From Heterodontus francisci (taxonomy: Eukaryota): 64,000 nt of DNA. A program made the translations under genes and the position numbers. How positions within the stretch are numbered: position 1 is the first letter of the stretch; every line of letters starts with the position of its first letter. The notes below the pieces were generated by a model. The model saw only the letters and a program-made list of their open reading frames with translations. It did no database searches and was not told where the DNA came from. This document shows, piece after piece, positions 40,981-52,668 of the stretch. The stretch is from NCBI RefSeq assembly GCF_036365525.1, contig NC_090387.1, positions 76,073,300-76,137,299 of the forward strand, given 5' to 3'.

Positions 40981-43900
40981 GGGAGGCAGTGGCGTCGTGG
41001 TATTGTCGCTGGACTAGTAATCCAGAGACCCAGGGTATTGCTCTGGGGACATGGGTTCAAATCCCACCACAGCAGAAGGTGGAATTTGAATTCAATTAAT
41101 AAATCTGGAATTTAAAAAAAGCTAGTCTAATGATGGCCAAGAAACCATTGTTGATTGTTGTAAAAATCCATCTGGATCACTAATGTCCTTTAGGGAAGGA
41201 AATCTGCTGTCCTTACCTGGTCTGGCCTACATGTGACTCCAGACCCACAACAATGTGGTTGACTCTTACATGCCCTCAGAAATGGCCTAGCAAGCTACTC
41301 AGCTGTATCAAACCACTACGAAGTCAATAAAAAGGAATGAAACCAGATGGACCAACTGGCATCGACCTAGGCACTGGAAATGACAATGGCAAACCCAGCC
41401 TGGTCGACCCTGCAAAGTCCTCCTTATTAACATCTGGGGGCTTGTGCCAAAGCTGGGACAGCTGTCCCACAGACTAGTCAAGGAACAGCCTGACATAGTC
41501 ATACTCACGGAATCATACCTGACAGACAATGTCCCAGACTCTGCCATCACCATCCCCGGGTATGTCCTGTCCCACTGGCAGGACAGAACCCAGCAGAGGT
41601 GGCAGCACAGTGGTATACAGTCGGGAGGGAGTTGCCCTGGGAGTCCTCAACATCGACTCTGGACCCCATGAAGTCTCATGGCAGCAGGTCAAACATGAAC
41701 AAGGAAACCTCCTGCTGATTACCACCTACTGCCCTCCCTCAGCTGATGAGTCAGTACTCCTCCATGATAAACAACACTTGGAGGAAGCACTGAGGTTGGC
41801 AAGGGCACAGAATATACTCTGGGTGAGGAACGTCAATGTCCATCACCAAGAGAGGCTTGGTTGCACCACTACTGACCGAGCTGGCCGAGTCCTAGAGGAC
41901 ATATTTGCTAGAATGGGTAAGCAGCAGGTGGTGAGGGAACAACAAGAGGCGAAAACATACTTGACCTCTTCCTCATCAATCTGCCTGCCGCAGTTGCATC
42001 TGTCCATGACAGTATTGGTAGGAGTGACCACCGTACAGTCGTTGTGGAGCCAAAGTCCTGCCTTTACATTGAGAATACCCTCCTTCGTGTTGTGTGGCAC
42101 TACCACCGTGCTAAATGGGATAGATTTCAAACAGATCGAGCAATGCAAAACTGGGCACCCAGGAGGCGCTGTGGGCCATCAGCAGCAGCAGAATTGTACT
42201 CAACCACAATATGTAACCTCATGGCCCAGCATATCCCCCACTCTACCATTACCATCAAGCCAGAAGACCAATCCTGGTTCAATGAAGAGTGCAGGAGGGC
42301 AATGAGGTGTCAACCTGGTGAAGCTACAACACAGGACTATCTGCATGCCAAACTGCATAAGCAGCATGCAATAGACAGAGTTAAGCAATCCCATAACCAA
42401 CGGATCAGATCTAAGCTCTGCAGTCCTGCCACATCCAGCCATGAATGGTGGTGGACAATTAAACAACTAACTGGAGGAGATGGGGGAGCCCAGCACATCA
42501 GTGCAAAAGATAAGGCTGAAGCATTTGCAACAATCTTCAGCCAGAAGTGTCGAGTTGATGATCCATCTCGGCCTCCTCCTGAAGTCCCCAGCATCACAGA
42601 TGCCAGACTTCAGCCAATTCGATTCACACTGCGTGATATCAAGAAACAACTGAAGACACAGGATACTGCAAAGACTATGGGCCCTGACAATTTGCTGGCA
42701 ATAGTATTGAAGACCTGTGCTCCAGAACTTGCCACACCCCTAGCCAAGCTGTTTCAGTACAGCTACAACACTGGCATCTACCTTGCAATGTGGAAACTTA
42801 CCCAGGTATGTCCTGTACACAAAAAGCAGGACAAGTCCAACCCGGCCAATTACCGCCCCATCAGCCTACTCTCAATCATCAGTAAAGTGATGGAAGGTGT
42901 CATCAACAGTGCTATCAAGCAGCACTTGCTTAGCAATAACCTGCTCAGTGATGCTCAGTTTGGATTCCGCCAGGGCCACTCAGCTCCTGACCTCATTACA
43001 GCCTTGGTTCAAACATGCACAAAAGAGCTGAACTCAAGAGATGAGGGGAGAGTGAGTGCCCTTGACATCAAGGCAGCATTTGACAAAGTATGGCATCAAG
43101 GCACCCTAGCAAAACTGAGGTCAATGGGAATCAGGGGGAAAATCCTCTGCTGGCTGGAGTCATACCTAGTGCAAAGGAAGATGGTTGTGATTGTTGGAGG
43201 TCAATCATCTGAGCTCCAGGACATCACTGCAGGAGTTACTCAGGGTAGTGTCCTGGGCCCAACCATCTTCAGCTGCTTCATCAATGACCTTCCTTCAATC
43301 ATAAGGTCAGAAGTGGGGATGTTTGCTGACGATTGCACAATGTTCAGCACCATTTGTGACTCCTCAGATACTGAACCAGTCCGTCTATAAATGCAGCAAG
43401 ACTTGGATAATATCCAGGCTTGGGCTGATAAGTGGCAAGTAACATTCATGCCACACAATTGCCAGGCAAAGATCATCTCCAACAAGAGATTCTAACCATC
43501 TCCCCTTGACATTCAACGGCATTACCATCGCTGAATCCCCCACTATCAACATCCTAGGAGCTACCATTGACTAGAAACTGAACTGGAGTAGCCATATAAA
43601 TACCGTGGCTACAAGAGCAGGTCAGAGGCTAGGAATCCTGTGGCGCGTAACTCACCTCCTGACTCCCCAAAGCCTGTCCACCATCTACAAGGCACAAGTC
43701 AGGAGTGTGATGGAATACTCTCCACATGCTTGGATGGGTGCAGCTCCAACAACACTCAAGAAGCTCGACACCATCCAGGACAAAGCAGCCCGCTTGATTG
43801 GCACCACATCTACAAACATTCACTCCCTCCACCACCGATGCACTGTGACAGCAGTGTGTACCATCTACAAGATGCACTGCAGCAATGCACCAATGCTCCT

Positions 43901-44218
43901 TAGACAGCACCTTCCAAACCCGCGACCTCTACCAACTAGAAGGACAAGGGCAGCAAATGCATGGGAACAGCAGCACCCGCAAGTTCCCCTCCAAGTCACA
44001 CACCAACCTGATTTGGAACTATATCGCCGTTACTTCACTGTTGCTGGGTCAAAATCCTGGAACTCCCTCCCAAACAGCACTGTGGGTGTACCTACCCCAC
44101 ATGGACTGCAGCGGTTCAAGAAGGCAGCTCACCACCACCTTCTCAAGGGTAATTAGGGATGATCAACAAATTCTGGCCTGGCCAGCGACGCCCACATCCC
44201 ATGAATGAATAAAAAAAA
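40981..44218 (+). mobile_element. Full-length tRNA-headed single-ORF (APE-RT) LINE, CR1/L2 group, disrupted copy
   Basis: A box 40990-41000, B box 41054-41064; ORF about 41380-44156 with NIWGL, ILTES, YCPPS, SDH, NYRPISL, QGSVLGP, FADD; A-rich tail. Confidence 0.92.
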
Positions 44219-44399
44219 GTCGGCGAGTGGGCCTAATTAGATAGTAATTTCAAAGGGCCAGCACAGACACCATGGGCTTCGTTCTTGCTGTAGGGTTCTA
44301 TGAATCTATGAAATTTACTTAATATCTTGTGGACAGAATGTAAAATTTCTTGCTTTTCCCCCGCCTCTTTTTGGAACATGAAGAACATTGTCACCCTAC

Positions 44400-44443
44400 C
44401 AGCTCTTTCGCCTGACCCGCTTCCTCAGAATTTTTCTTACTGC
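44400..44443 (-). CDS. IgSF receptor short cytoplasmic exon: GSKKNSEEAGQAKEL
   Basis: Strong acceptor TCTTCTCTTTCCCTCAG|GC, donor CTG|GTAGGG; 44 nt converts phase 1 to phase 0 as required. Confidence 0.75.
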
Positions 44444-44680
44444 CTGAGGGAAAGAGAAGACAACATTGAATAGCTTAATCAGTGTATAAGCAAAACATCA
44501 TGCTTTCAATGCTAAACACAGGTACTGTGTAAAGTAAGGAGACTTGAAAGTGCAGATCTCTCTGAAGATGTTAAGCAGTACCAGCCATGACAGCGCAGAA
44601 TGCTGTGCATTACCTTCTCATACCCCGCAGTGGCGCTGCACCCAATGGAGTAGACCTTGCATTTATGCAATCGTGTCAAA

Positions 44681-45004
44681 CAGGGTTGTCCAACCTTTTC
44701 ACGCGGGTGGGTGCACAATAGCCGGTTCTGACTTTTTTATAAAGCGCGCTGGAAAACCCCGAATCTGTCATAAGTTCGGAACCGCTGTTTCCCCCTCCCA
44801 GTACCTGTCAGCTGTGAAACTGACTTGCAATTTTTTAAAAAGTCGGTCTGGAAAAATAAGCCAATGAGAAATTTCTCTGAAATTACCGGTCGCAGATTCC
44901 TTGCGAGGATGAGGAACAGCCCGATGCAGTTTACATCCGTGGGTCGGATGGAAACCTTTGGCTGGCCGGATCCTGGCCCGCGGACGGTATGTTGGATAAC
45001 CCTG
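44681..45004. mobile_element. hAT (Charlie-like) MITE
   Basis: TIRs CAGGGTTGTCCAAC / GTTGGATAACCCTG (13/14 match); 8-bp TSD GTGTCAAA / GTGTAAAA (7/8). Confidence 0.85.
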
Positions 45005-45537
45005 GTGTAAAACATGTAATAGAGAGTCGGCAACCCATTTTACATCTCAGAATTACGATACAAATAAAATCTGGACGAGATGCAAAATAGGTTGTCCTTA
45101 CCAATTCGATATCACCCATTTTACATTATCGCAGAAAGTCAAAATCTACTTCAAAGCGTTTACACTTCAAGATCTGGACCAGCACGGATAGTAAAAAAAT
45201 GCAAAACATTTAAGGATTCCGGGTATTGCAAAATAGAAATGAAAAAGTCGAATGAATAGTTCGAATGGGAAAGTGAAATATTTGCATTTCAAAATCCGGT
45301 ATACATGGTCATATTCAACTACCCAGCACATAAAGCTGCTATTGCTATTTATTCTTCCCGTTTGCGCATGTGCGCAGGTTGGCGCAGTCGGATGACGTCA
45401 CCGGCCGGCGGCGTTGTCAAGAATCACTGTTATTCTTCGACAACGAAGGACGAAGGGCACCTGCCCTTTCTGTATTGTAACAATACAACTGGGCCTTAGA
45501 AAATAAAAGTATTCGGTGGAATAAGAAATATTCTTAC

Positions 45538-45642
45538 CATCTGATGCCTTTAATTTGAGTCTGGTCAAAATTATTATTAATAATAAAATTGCCAGTATGC
45601 CCCCTGCACATCCAAAAATCAGCGGAAATTTGTTACCAATAT
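45538..45642 (-). CDS. IgSF receptor transmembrane exon: DIGNKFPLIFGCAGGILAILLLIIILTRLKLKASD
   Basis: Acceptor CCTGCAG|AT, donor GAT G|GTAAGA, phase 1-1; hydrophobic helix with no charged residue, followed by basic stop-transfer residues. Confidence 0.85.
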
Positions 45643-45785
45643 CTGCAGGATCAACAGATAACTGAAATAAGAAACTGTAGAGCACAGCACTTATACAGCG
45701 CGTTTAACATAGTAAAACGTCAAAAGGCATTTCACAGAGAATCACCAAACAAAATTTTAAACCAAGCCACATAAGGGGATATTAG

Positions 45786-45876
45786 AAATAAAAACAAGAA
45801 ATGCTGGAAATACTCAGCAGGTCTGGCATCATCTGTGGAGAGAGAAGCAGAGTAAACGTTTCAGGTCAGTGACCTG
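45786..45876 (-). mobile_element. Truncated Penelope-type short repeat nested in an L2 fragment
   Basis: Reverse complement of the 51128 repeat; 13-bp direct repeat AAGGGGATATTAG at 45773-45785 and 45877-45889. Confidence 0.8.
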
Positions 45877-46382
45877 AAGGGGATATTAGGACAGCTGGAG
45901 ATAGAGTTCAAGGAGCGTCTTAAACGAGAGAGAAATAGAGAGCCGGAGAGATCGGGAATTTTAAAGTTTAGCGTGTAGACAACTGAAGGCAGGGTTTGCA
46001 GAGAACAGATGAACATAATGATATTTCCAAATATTCAATTTAAATTCACGGGATGTAAAGTGACTCTGGTAGAATCGATCCATTTTATCTGTAGTTTCAT
46101 TTTATTTGGCAAGAATTTGACAAGGAATAATCTTTCAAGTTCTGAGCAGCTCGCACATCAACCTCGCGTTTCAGATCTCTTCACAAAGAGACTCTTCTTC
46201 CTTCACCTACAAACCATCTTGAATATTTTATTTCGTTCCCATTTATCTGGCATTGAGAGTAAATACAGTCCACATTCACTCCATACCCTCGAGTTTGAAC
46301 AGTGTTCCAGCTGCATGTCTAATAAGTGAATACAGATTGAAGTAATTACCACGTTCCCCGCTGTATATATTTGCAAACGTAC

Positions 46383-46679
46383 CTCGATTGGCGGTGTAGC
46401 TGACACTGGCAGGTACCAGAAGAGAGACATGAGATGCCAGACAGGTGTAAACAACTTCATTCGGGGCAGGTTGTACTTCTTCCAAAAAACTGGAAACCTC
46501 ATAAAGTCCCTCCGTGCTCTTGTTTTTCACAGTTTCTATTCCGCTCAGAATTTCGACACCATCTCTTAACCAGGAGATTTCTAAATGCTCCGGGTAAAAG
46601 GCAGCAGTTTTACACTCGAGTTTCAGAGATTCTGTTGAAATTCCTTCAACAGCAGCGATTTTCAGGGGGGTCGGGGGAA
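46383..46679 (-). CDS. IgSF receptor C1-set domain exon
   Basis: Acceptor T-tract...ATTAAAG|TT, donor CGA G|GTACGT, phase 1-1; C1 motifs LECKTAAFYPEHLEISWLRDG, GLYEVSS and YTCLASHVSL. Confidence 0.92.
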
Positions 46680-47154
46680 CTTTAATGGAGAGAAAAAAAA
46701 AAGATTTTTTAAATTTAAAGGAACACATTCCCAGTTTTCTACTCTTATGCTGTTACAGCCCTACGGTTACAACAGTTATCGTTGCTGTCGTTTTTTAAAC
46801 TTTATGTTTGCATTTATCTTATAAATCGTTGTACAGCGCACAGCAAATTGACGAACTGTATTACAAACGATGCACAAAGAGGAGGAATCTCCAAGGGCTG
46901 GTTACATTCAGGGAAGCAGACGCCACTGCTCTGAATGGAAGTATCAGATCCTGGCCCGGGATTGGGGTTTACAGTAATGATCCCAAGTGAGATTCCTGTC
47001 CCACTATATTGGAGTGAGCGTAAACCAGTTCACACGAACAGCGGAATCGACTCTCGTTATTCCGTAAGAATCATTGCCGTACTGAACATTTTGTTTGTTT
47101 ATTTCAAAATTGGTCGTTTTCGAATATTCCACATATTTCAAAACATATTTTCTT

Positions 47155-48228
47155 TTATTGGCAAGATGGATACAGAACTGGCTCGGTCATAGAAGACAGA
47201 GGGTATCAGTGGATGGGTGTTTTTCTGAATGGATGGATGTGACTAGTGGTGTTCCGCAGGGATCAGTGCTGGGACCTTTGCTGTTTGTAGTAAATATAAA
47301 TGATTTGGAGGAAAATGTAGCTGGGCTGATTAGTAAGTTTGTGGATGACACCAAGGTTGGTGGAGTTGCGGATAATGATGAGGATTGTCAGAGGATACAG
47401 CAGGATATAGATCGGTTGGAGACTTGGGCGGAGAAATGGCAGATGGAGTTTAATCCGGACAAATGTGGGGTAATGCATTTTGGAAGGTCTAATGCAGGTG
47501 GGAGGTATACAGTAAATGGCAGAACCCTTAGGATTATTGACAGGTGGAGAGATCTGGGCATACAGGTCCACAGGTCACTGAAAGTGGCAACGCAGGTGGA
47601 TCAGGTAGTCAAGAAGGCATACGGCATGCTTGCCTTCATCGGTCGGGGCATAGAGTATAAAAATTGGCAAGTCATGTTGCAGCTGTACAGAACCTTAGTT
47701 AGGCCACACTTAGAATATTGCGTGCAATTCTGGTCGCCACACTACCAGAAGGACGTGGAGGCTTTGGAGAGGGTACAGAGGAGGTTTACCAGGATGTTGC
47801 CTGGTCTGGAGGGCATTAGCTATGAGGAGAGGTTGGAAAAACTCGGATTTTTTTCACTGGAACGACGGAGGTGGAGGGGCGACATGACAGAGGTTTACCA
47901 AGTTATGAGCGGCATGGACAGAGTGGATAGTCAGAAGCTTTTTCCCAGGGTGGAAGAGTCAGTTACTGGGGAACATAGGTTTGAGGTGCGAGGGGCAAAG
48001 TTTAGAAGGGATGTGCGAGGCAGGTTTTTTACACAGAGGGTTGTGAGTGCCTGGAACATGCTGCCAGGGGAGGTGGTGGAAGCAGATACGATAGCGACGT
48101 TTAAGAGAAATCTTGGCAAATACATGAATAGGAAGGGAATAGAGGGATATGGGCCCCGGAAGTGCAGAAGGTGTTAGTTTAGGCAGGCATCAAGATCAAG
48201 AATGGCCTGTACTGTTCTTTGTTCTTTG
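47155..48228 (+). mobile_element. 5'-truncated young CR1 LINE (uninterrupted ORF2 C-terminal third)
   Basis: Open frame to 48177 with QGSVLGP and FVDD; (TTCTTTG)n tail. Confidence 0.95.
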
Positions 48229-49983
48229 GTTAATATTGAAAAGATGATGTGTGTAATCAAAATATCTCTGATGTCGATATTGAATCCAGACAGGATGTTT
48301 TTATATGTATAGATTAGAATCCGTGCATTACAACATTTCAACGTCTATGGTGGAGATTTCAGATCGTGCAGCTTTCACCTAAGGAACTTTCTCCAGAGGG
48401 GGAACCGAGGGCTGAAACGTTTTTCACCTTATGAAAGGGTTATATTGGTAATTATATATCAATGTGTAGATCCATACAGAAGAGGGAAACTGAATGGGAA
48501 ATCCTAACTCCGAGTGCATGTTTTATATAATTCCAGGGGTTGCGCCCTTCCCCAAGTTCATTCGGCCTGTTTAACACGTTTTGCCTGGATTCTGCTTATA
48601 TCAGTCCTACATTTACCATTTACTAATACGAACCTGTGTCCGCTCGATCTACAGTCACTGTTTAGCTGGAAAGACAGGCCGTTTATTAGGTTTGCATTGT
48701 TTTGCCAATTTATTACCATCTCCTTAACATTTTTTCTTTCCACATTTACTTTTCCGACGTTGTAGTAATAGAAAATGATTAAATTAGGGACATTATTAAC
48801 TTGCAAAATTATATTAGCCTTTATTTCAAACAAAGGCTCAGAATTCCTCTATTCTTTTACCATGGATTTGCTTTAGAGATAATATGCAATGCAGTAGAAT
48901 TTCAGTGGAGGAAGCCGGTGCTTTTTTGATCTCCCGCCGTAATTTCGTGTGGGGTTTGGGGAGTGTAAATAGAAATCATGAATGACAAATACGGAGCCCA
49001 GGCGTTTATACAAATGCTCGGTGATATCCTTCCAGTATTTGACGGGTTGAGAGTATGTAAAAAAAGTCCACTTGGCGTACGACAGAGGTTCAAACACGGG
49101 CATTGGGTAGCTTCACTGTTCAGCAAGCTGGAGGACTTGGGCTGGAATCCAGTATTGAGGGCAAGATCAACACCTCCCTTCTCACTGAATTGGAGGATTC
49201 ATTTGTGAAAAGAGTTTGGTAGCTCAAGCAAGTCATCAGTGGACACAGGTGCACAGCATAAATTGCGGACATAGGAACAGAGAGAACATGCAGCCCCTCG
49301 AGCTTGCTGTGCCATTCATTTATATTATGGTTGATTTGCACATTAACTCCATTTTCCCAAATTAATTCATTTCTCTTGATACGCACACCTAACAAAAACT
49401 ATCCACCTCAAATATCGGACAATTTGGTATAGAAAGTATTAAATAGGCAATTTTGAGCAGTGGACAGTTATCTGGTGCGAGAAATATTCAGGGCGGTAGT
49501 AGGAAAGTGTTCATCTGAGCTTGTAACGAGTCACCTTGTTGGGGTAGGTTATTTGGTCTTTTATGTTGTATAAAAGACTGGACCTAAGAGGTGTTAAAAT
49601 TGTTCCCATTGTTGCACTTTGGCACCGTTATTTTGGTGAGAAGGAACCTTATCCTATCGATTAATTTCAAACTAAGGTTTAAATATTTGTTTTCACTCTC
49701 TTGGCTTAATAACAATTGTAACTACACCAAAAGCACTCATTGGGTGAAAAACACTTTGGAATGCTCTGAGGACAACGAGAGGGTGAAATTGGTCTTTACG
49801 CAGTAGCGCAAAACTGGCGATAGCGAATCGGCGGTCGTTGTACTCCGGGGTCAGTGGAAAAGAAAATCCCGAGATGAGTAAAACGAATTTGTTATCAGCA
49901 AGTTTTCTTCCAGTGATAAAAGTGAAATTCCATATATTGCACACAGCTGAAAAAGTCCCACTCCCTGGTACAATGACACTTAC

Positions 49984-50319
49984 CGTACACAGTAAGCTGG
50001 GAACCACTTCCATTTGCAATAGATTCTTGATGTTTTACTTTACAGTAATACACTCCAGAGTCGGCAACACTCGCATTCAGAACATCAAATGAACTACTTC
50101 CTTTTTTTACATTAAATCGCTTTCTGCTGTCTGGTTCCAGAAACGATCCCTCGCCGCGTTTCCACCAATAAACATCGGGAGTATCTTGAAATAGCGGAAA
50201 TGTACAGCGCATGGAAACACTCGCACCTCTGACAACCTTCAAGAATTTAGGGAACTGATCCACTTTGTTCGAAGTTACTTCAGCGGTAACAGTTGCATAC
50301 ATCAGATAAAGAAAAATAA
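49984..50319 (-). CDS. IgSF receptor V-domain exon (VJ-type V-set, includes the rest of the signal peptide)
   Basis: Acceptor TTTCTCTTAG|TT, donor TAC G|GTAAGT, phase 1-1; motifs VSMRC, VYWWK, DSGVYYC and J-like NGSGSQLTV. Confidence 0.92.
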
Positions 50320-50719
50320 CTAAGAGAAATAAAACACAAAAACCATTAAAAACACCAATAAGCGAATTGGAGAAACACAATATCTAATTTTGCAATACAT
50401 AACAATTGTAGACACTTCTAAAATATGATTGAAGCTATTCTGAAACGGCAGCATATGCCAACTAAAGGTACCTGGCCAAACCATGCCCAAAAGAGCCATG
50501 TACTGAACTGAAGCTGTCACCGACATGTTGCAAGTAAAACATTAGATAGCCACTTGGTGTAAATGAGAATCGTAACCTGGATGGTTTGGGCAAGAAATGG
50601 ATTTGATAGATAAATATATTAAGCATGTGACCATGACATGAGGTATCACATGACTACGACGGCGTATTGAGTCCGGTTACATATACTTCTGCGTGGGAGT
50701 CTGTGAAGTAGGAGGTCAC

Positions 50720-50741
50720 CTGCTGGCTGAAAAGTTTTCAT
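50720..50741 (-). CDS. IgSF receptor, candidate leader exon (MKTFQPA + G)
   Basis: ATG preceded by an in-frame TAA; donor CAG|GTGACC, phase 1; joins the V exon to give signal peptide MKTFQPAVIFLYLMYATVTA. An alternative candidate lies at 59166-59178. Confidence 0.6.
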
Positions 50742-51127
50742 CGAATGCTTTTACAGACGCTCCCGGCCCTTCGATCCGACAATCTTCCAACACCCGTCTT
50801 TAACCCTCTTCTCAATACTGAAAATGATGATTCAGGCCGCAGGCGCGGGTAGTCCTCCAACATCTCATCTCAGGGAACCTTCTTCATGCAGGAGCATGGA
50901 CAGTGAGAGTGGGCAAATATTTAGTCCTGGGCGCACAGTCTAGTGCGATCGTGATCTCTCCCAGCCTCCATGCACCTGGACGTCTAGCAGAAGTCACTGG
51001 AATGGCAATTAGGATTAATTAATCTGCTCATCTCTCTTCCTCTACTTCAGAATTGGTGATGCCTATTTCAACATCATCCAAGACAGAGATGAAATTCTGG
51101 ACCTGTACCCACATGGTTCAATGATAC

Positions 51128-51228
51128 AGTTCCGAAGAAGGGTCACTGACCCGAAACGTTAACTCTGCTTCTCTTTTCACAGATGCTGCCAGACCTGCTG
51201 AGTGGTTCCAGCATTTCTTGTTTTTATA
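51128..51228 (+). mobile_element. Penelope-type short repeat with variant hammerhead core (CCGAAGA)
   Basis: AGTT-CCGAAGA-A-GGGTC(ACT)GACCC-GAAACGTT-AACT; flanked by a 43-bp duplication. Confidence 0.8.
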
Positions 51229-51599
51229 TTATATATGAAATTCTGGACCTGTACCCACATGGTTCAATATTACAGTTATTGGTCCAGCAGGCTTGAAATG
51301 CAACAAAGAATATTCACGATGAGTGCAGATGGAACTGCGAGGAGAAACTGACTAGAATCACCACATTTAACTGATTGTAAAGAGAAAGAAGATTTCAATG
51401 TAAGTGAGGCCCGTCATTCACAGCTTGTTGTAGGTTCCAGTTTCCAAATCTGCTCCGTGTCGAGTTAGTTGACCTGAAGTGGGAGGCGAAAATCATTCAG
51501 GAGTCTTGTTTCTAACTGCCGACCAGTTGAGCTGTATGAACCTTTGGTAGTAGCAGGACGGGGCTAGGCTGTAACTTACTTCCCCCCAAATGTCAGATC

Positions 51600-52030
51600 C
51601 TTTGATTCTTTCGCCAATCACCTTAAATTTCTACCCTCTGGTTACCGACCCTGCTGCCACTGTGAACAGTTTCACCTCATTTGCACTATCAAAACTGTTC
51701 ATAATTTTGGAACTCAGCTATCACATCTCTTAACCGTCTTGACTCCAAGGAACAGCCCTAGCTGCTCTAGTCTATCCACATAACTAATGTCCCTCAATTC
51801 TACTAAATCTGTTCTGCACCTCCTCTAAGTCACCTCCTTCCCGAAGTGTGGTGCCCAGATTGAAACATAGCACGCCAGCTGAGGCCTAACTACTGCTTTA
51901 TAAAGATTTAGTATAACTTCCTTGCCTTGTACACTATGTCTCTTTTAATGAAGTCTCGGATACCCTGTGCTTTTTAATATCCTTCTCATTTGTCCTGCCA
52001 TTTCCAAAAATTGGAAGTACAACCCAGATC
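51600..52030 (-). mobile_element. Old CR1 fragment
   Basis: Reverse complement of LYKAVVRPQL...QSGHH-like coding sequence. Confidence 0.65.
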
Positions 52031-52424
52031 TTTATTTTCATTGAAATCTCCTTTCTCTTTGCAATCAGTAAAATGTGAGTCATTCTCCTCATAGTTCCAT
52101 CTTTAGGTAGGGTTGGAATGATAGCAGGTCTCTATAGTGAACATAGAAGGCGGTGTCCTAACATCTCAACCAATTAGGGACAGAATGCTGATAGTTATTC
52201 TATTAAACTGCATTCATTGTTGTGGTTTGGTAACGTATGAATATGAATTCACTATAAAACATATAGTACTCCTGTTTGCTCCAATCTGTTCTGAAGGAGC
52301 GAACTGGTGGTAGCAGCTTGATTGGTGAAGATTGATTGTTCACCTCAACTGTCCTCCCTCATTGAAACCCAACAATTGGCCAGCACTTCACTCTTAAATA
52401 CGAATACGAACATATATATCAGCA

Positions 52425-52668
52425 TATGAATTAGGAGCAGGAATAGACCATTCAGCCCCTCAACCTGCTCTACCATTTGATCAGATCATGGCTGATCTGA
52501 TTCTGACCTCAACTCTACTTTCCTGTCCACCCGCTATAACATTTGACTCCCTTGTTAATCAACCTAACCTTAAAATATTCAATGACGCAGCCTCTACTGC
52601 ACTCTGGGAAGAGAATTCCAGACTTACGACCCTGTAAGAGAAAAAAAATCACATCTTCGTCTTAAATG
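52425..52668 (-). mobile_element. CR1 3' end fragment
   Basis: TTAGGAGCAGGAATAGACCATTCAGCCC...GATCATGGCTGATC, same tail family as at 2470. Confidence 0.75.

Noticed and set aside
40981-41070. Bona fide tRNA-Thr gene
   Set aside because: No proper acceptor stem, oversized variable region, no terminator, and contiguous with the retroelement; treated as a tRNA-derived head.
49984-50319. Rearranging Ig/TCR V segment
   Set aside because: The J-like strand is in the same exon, no RSS is seen, and the gene continues to a TM and ITIM tail.
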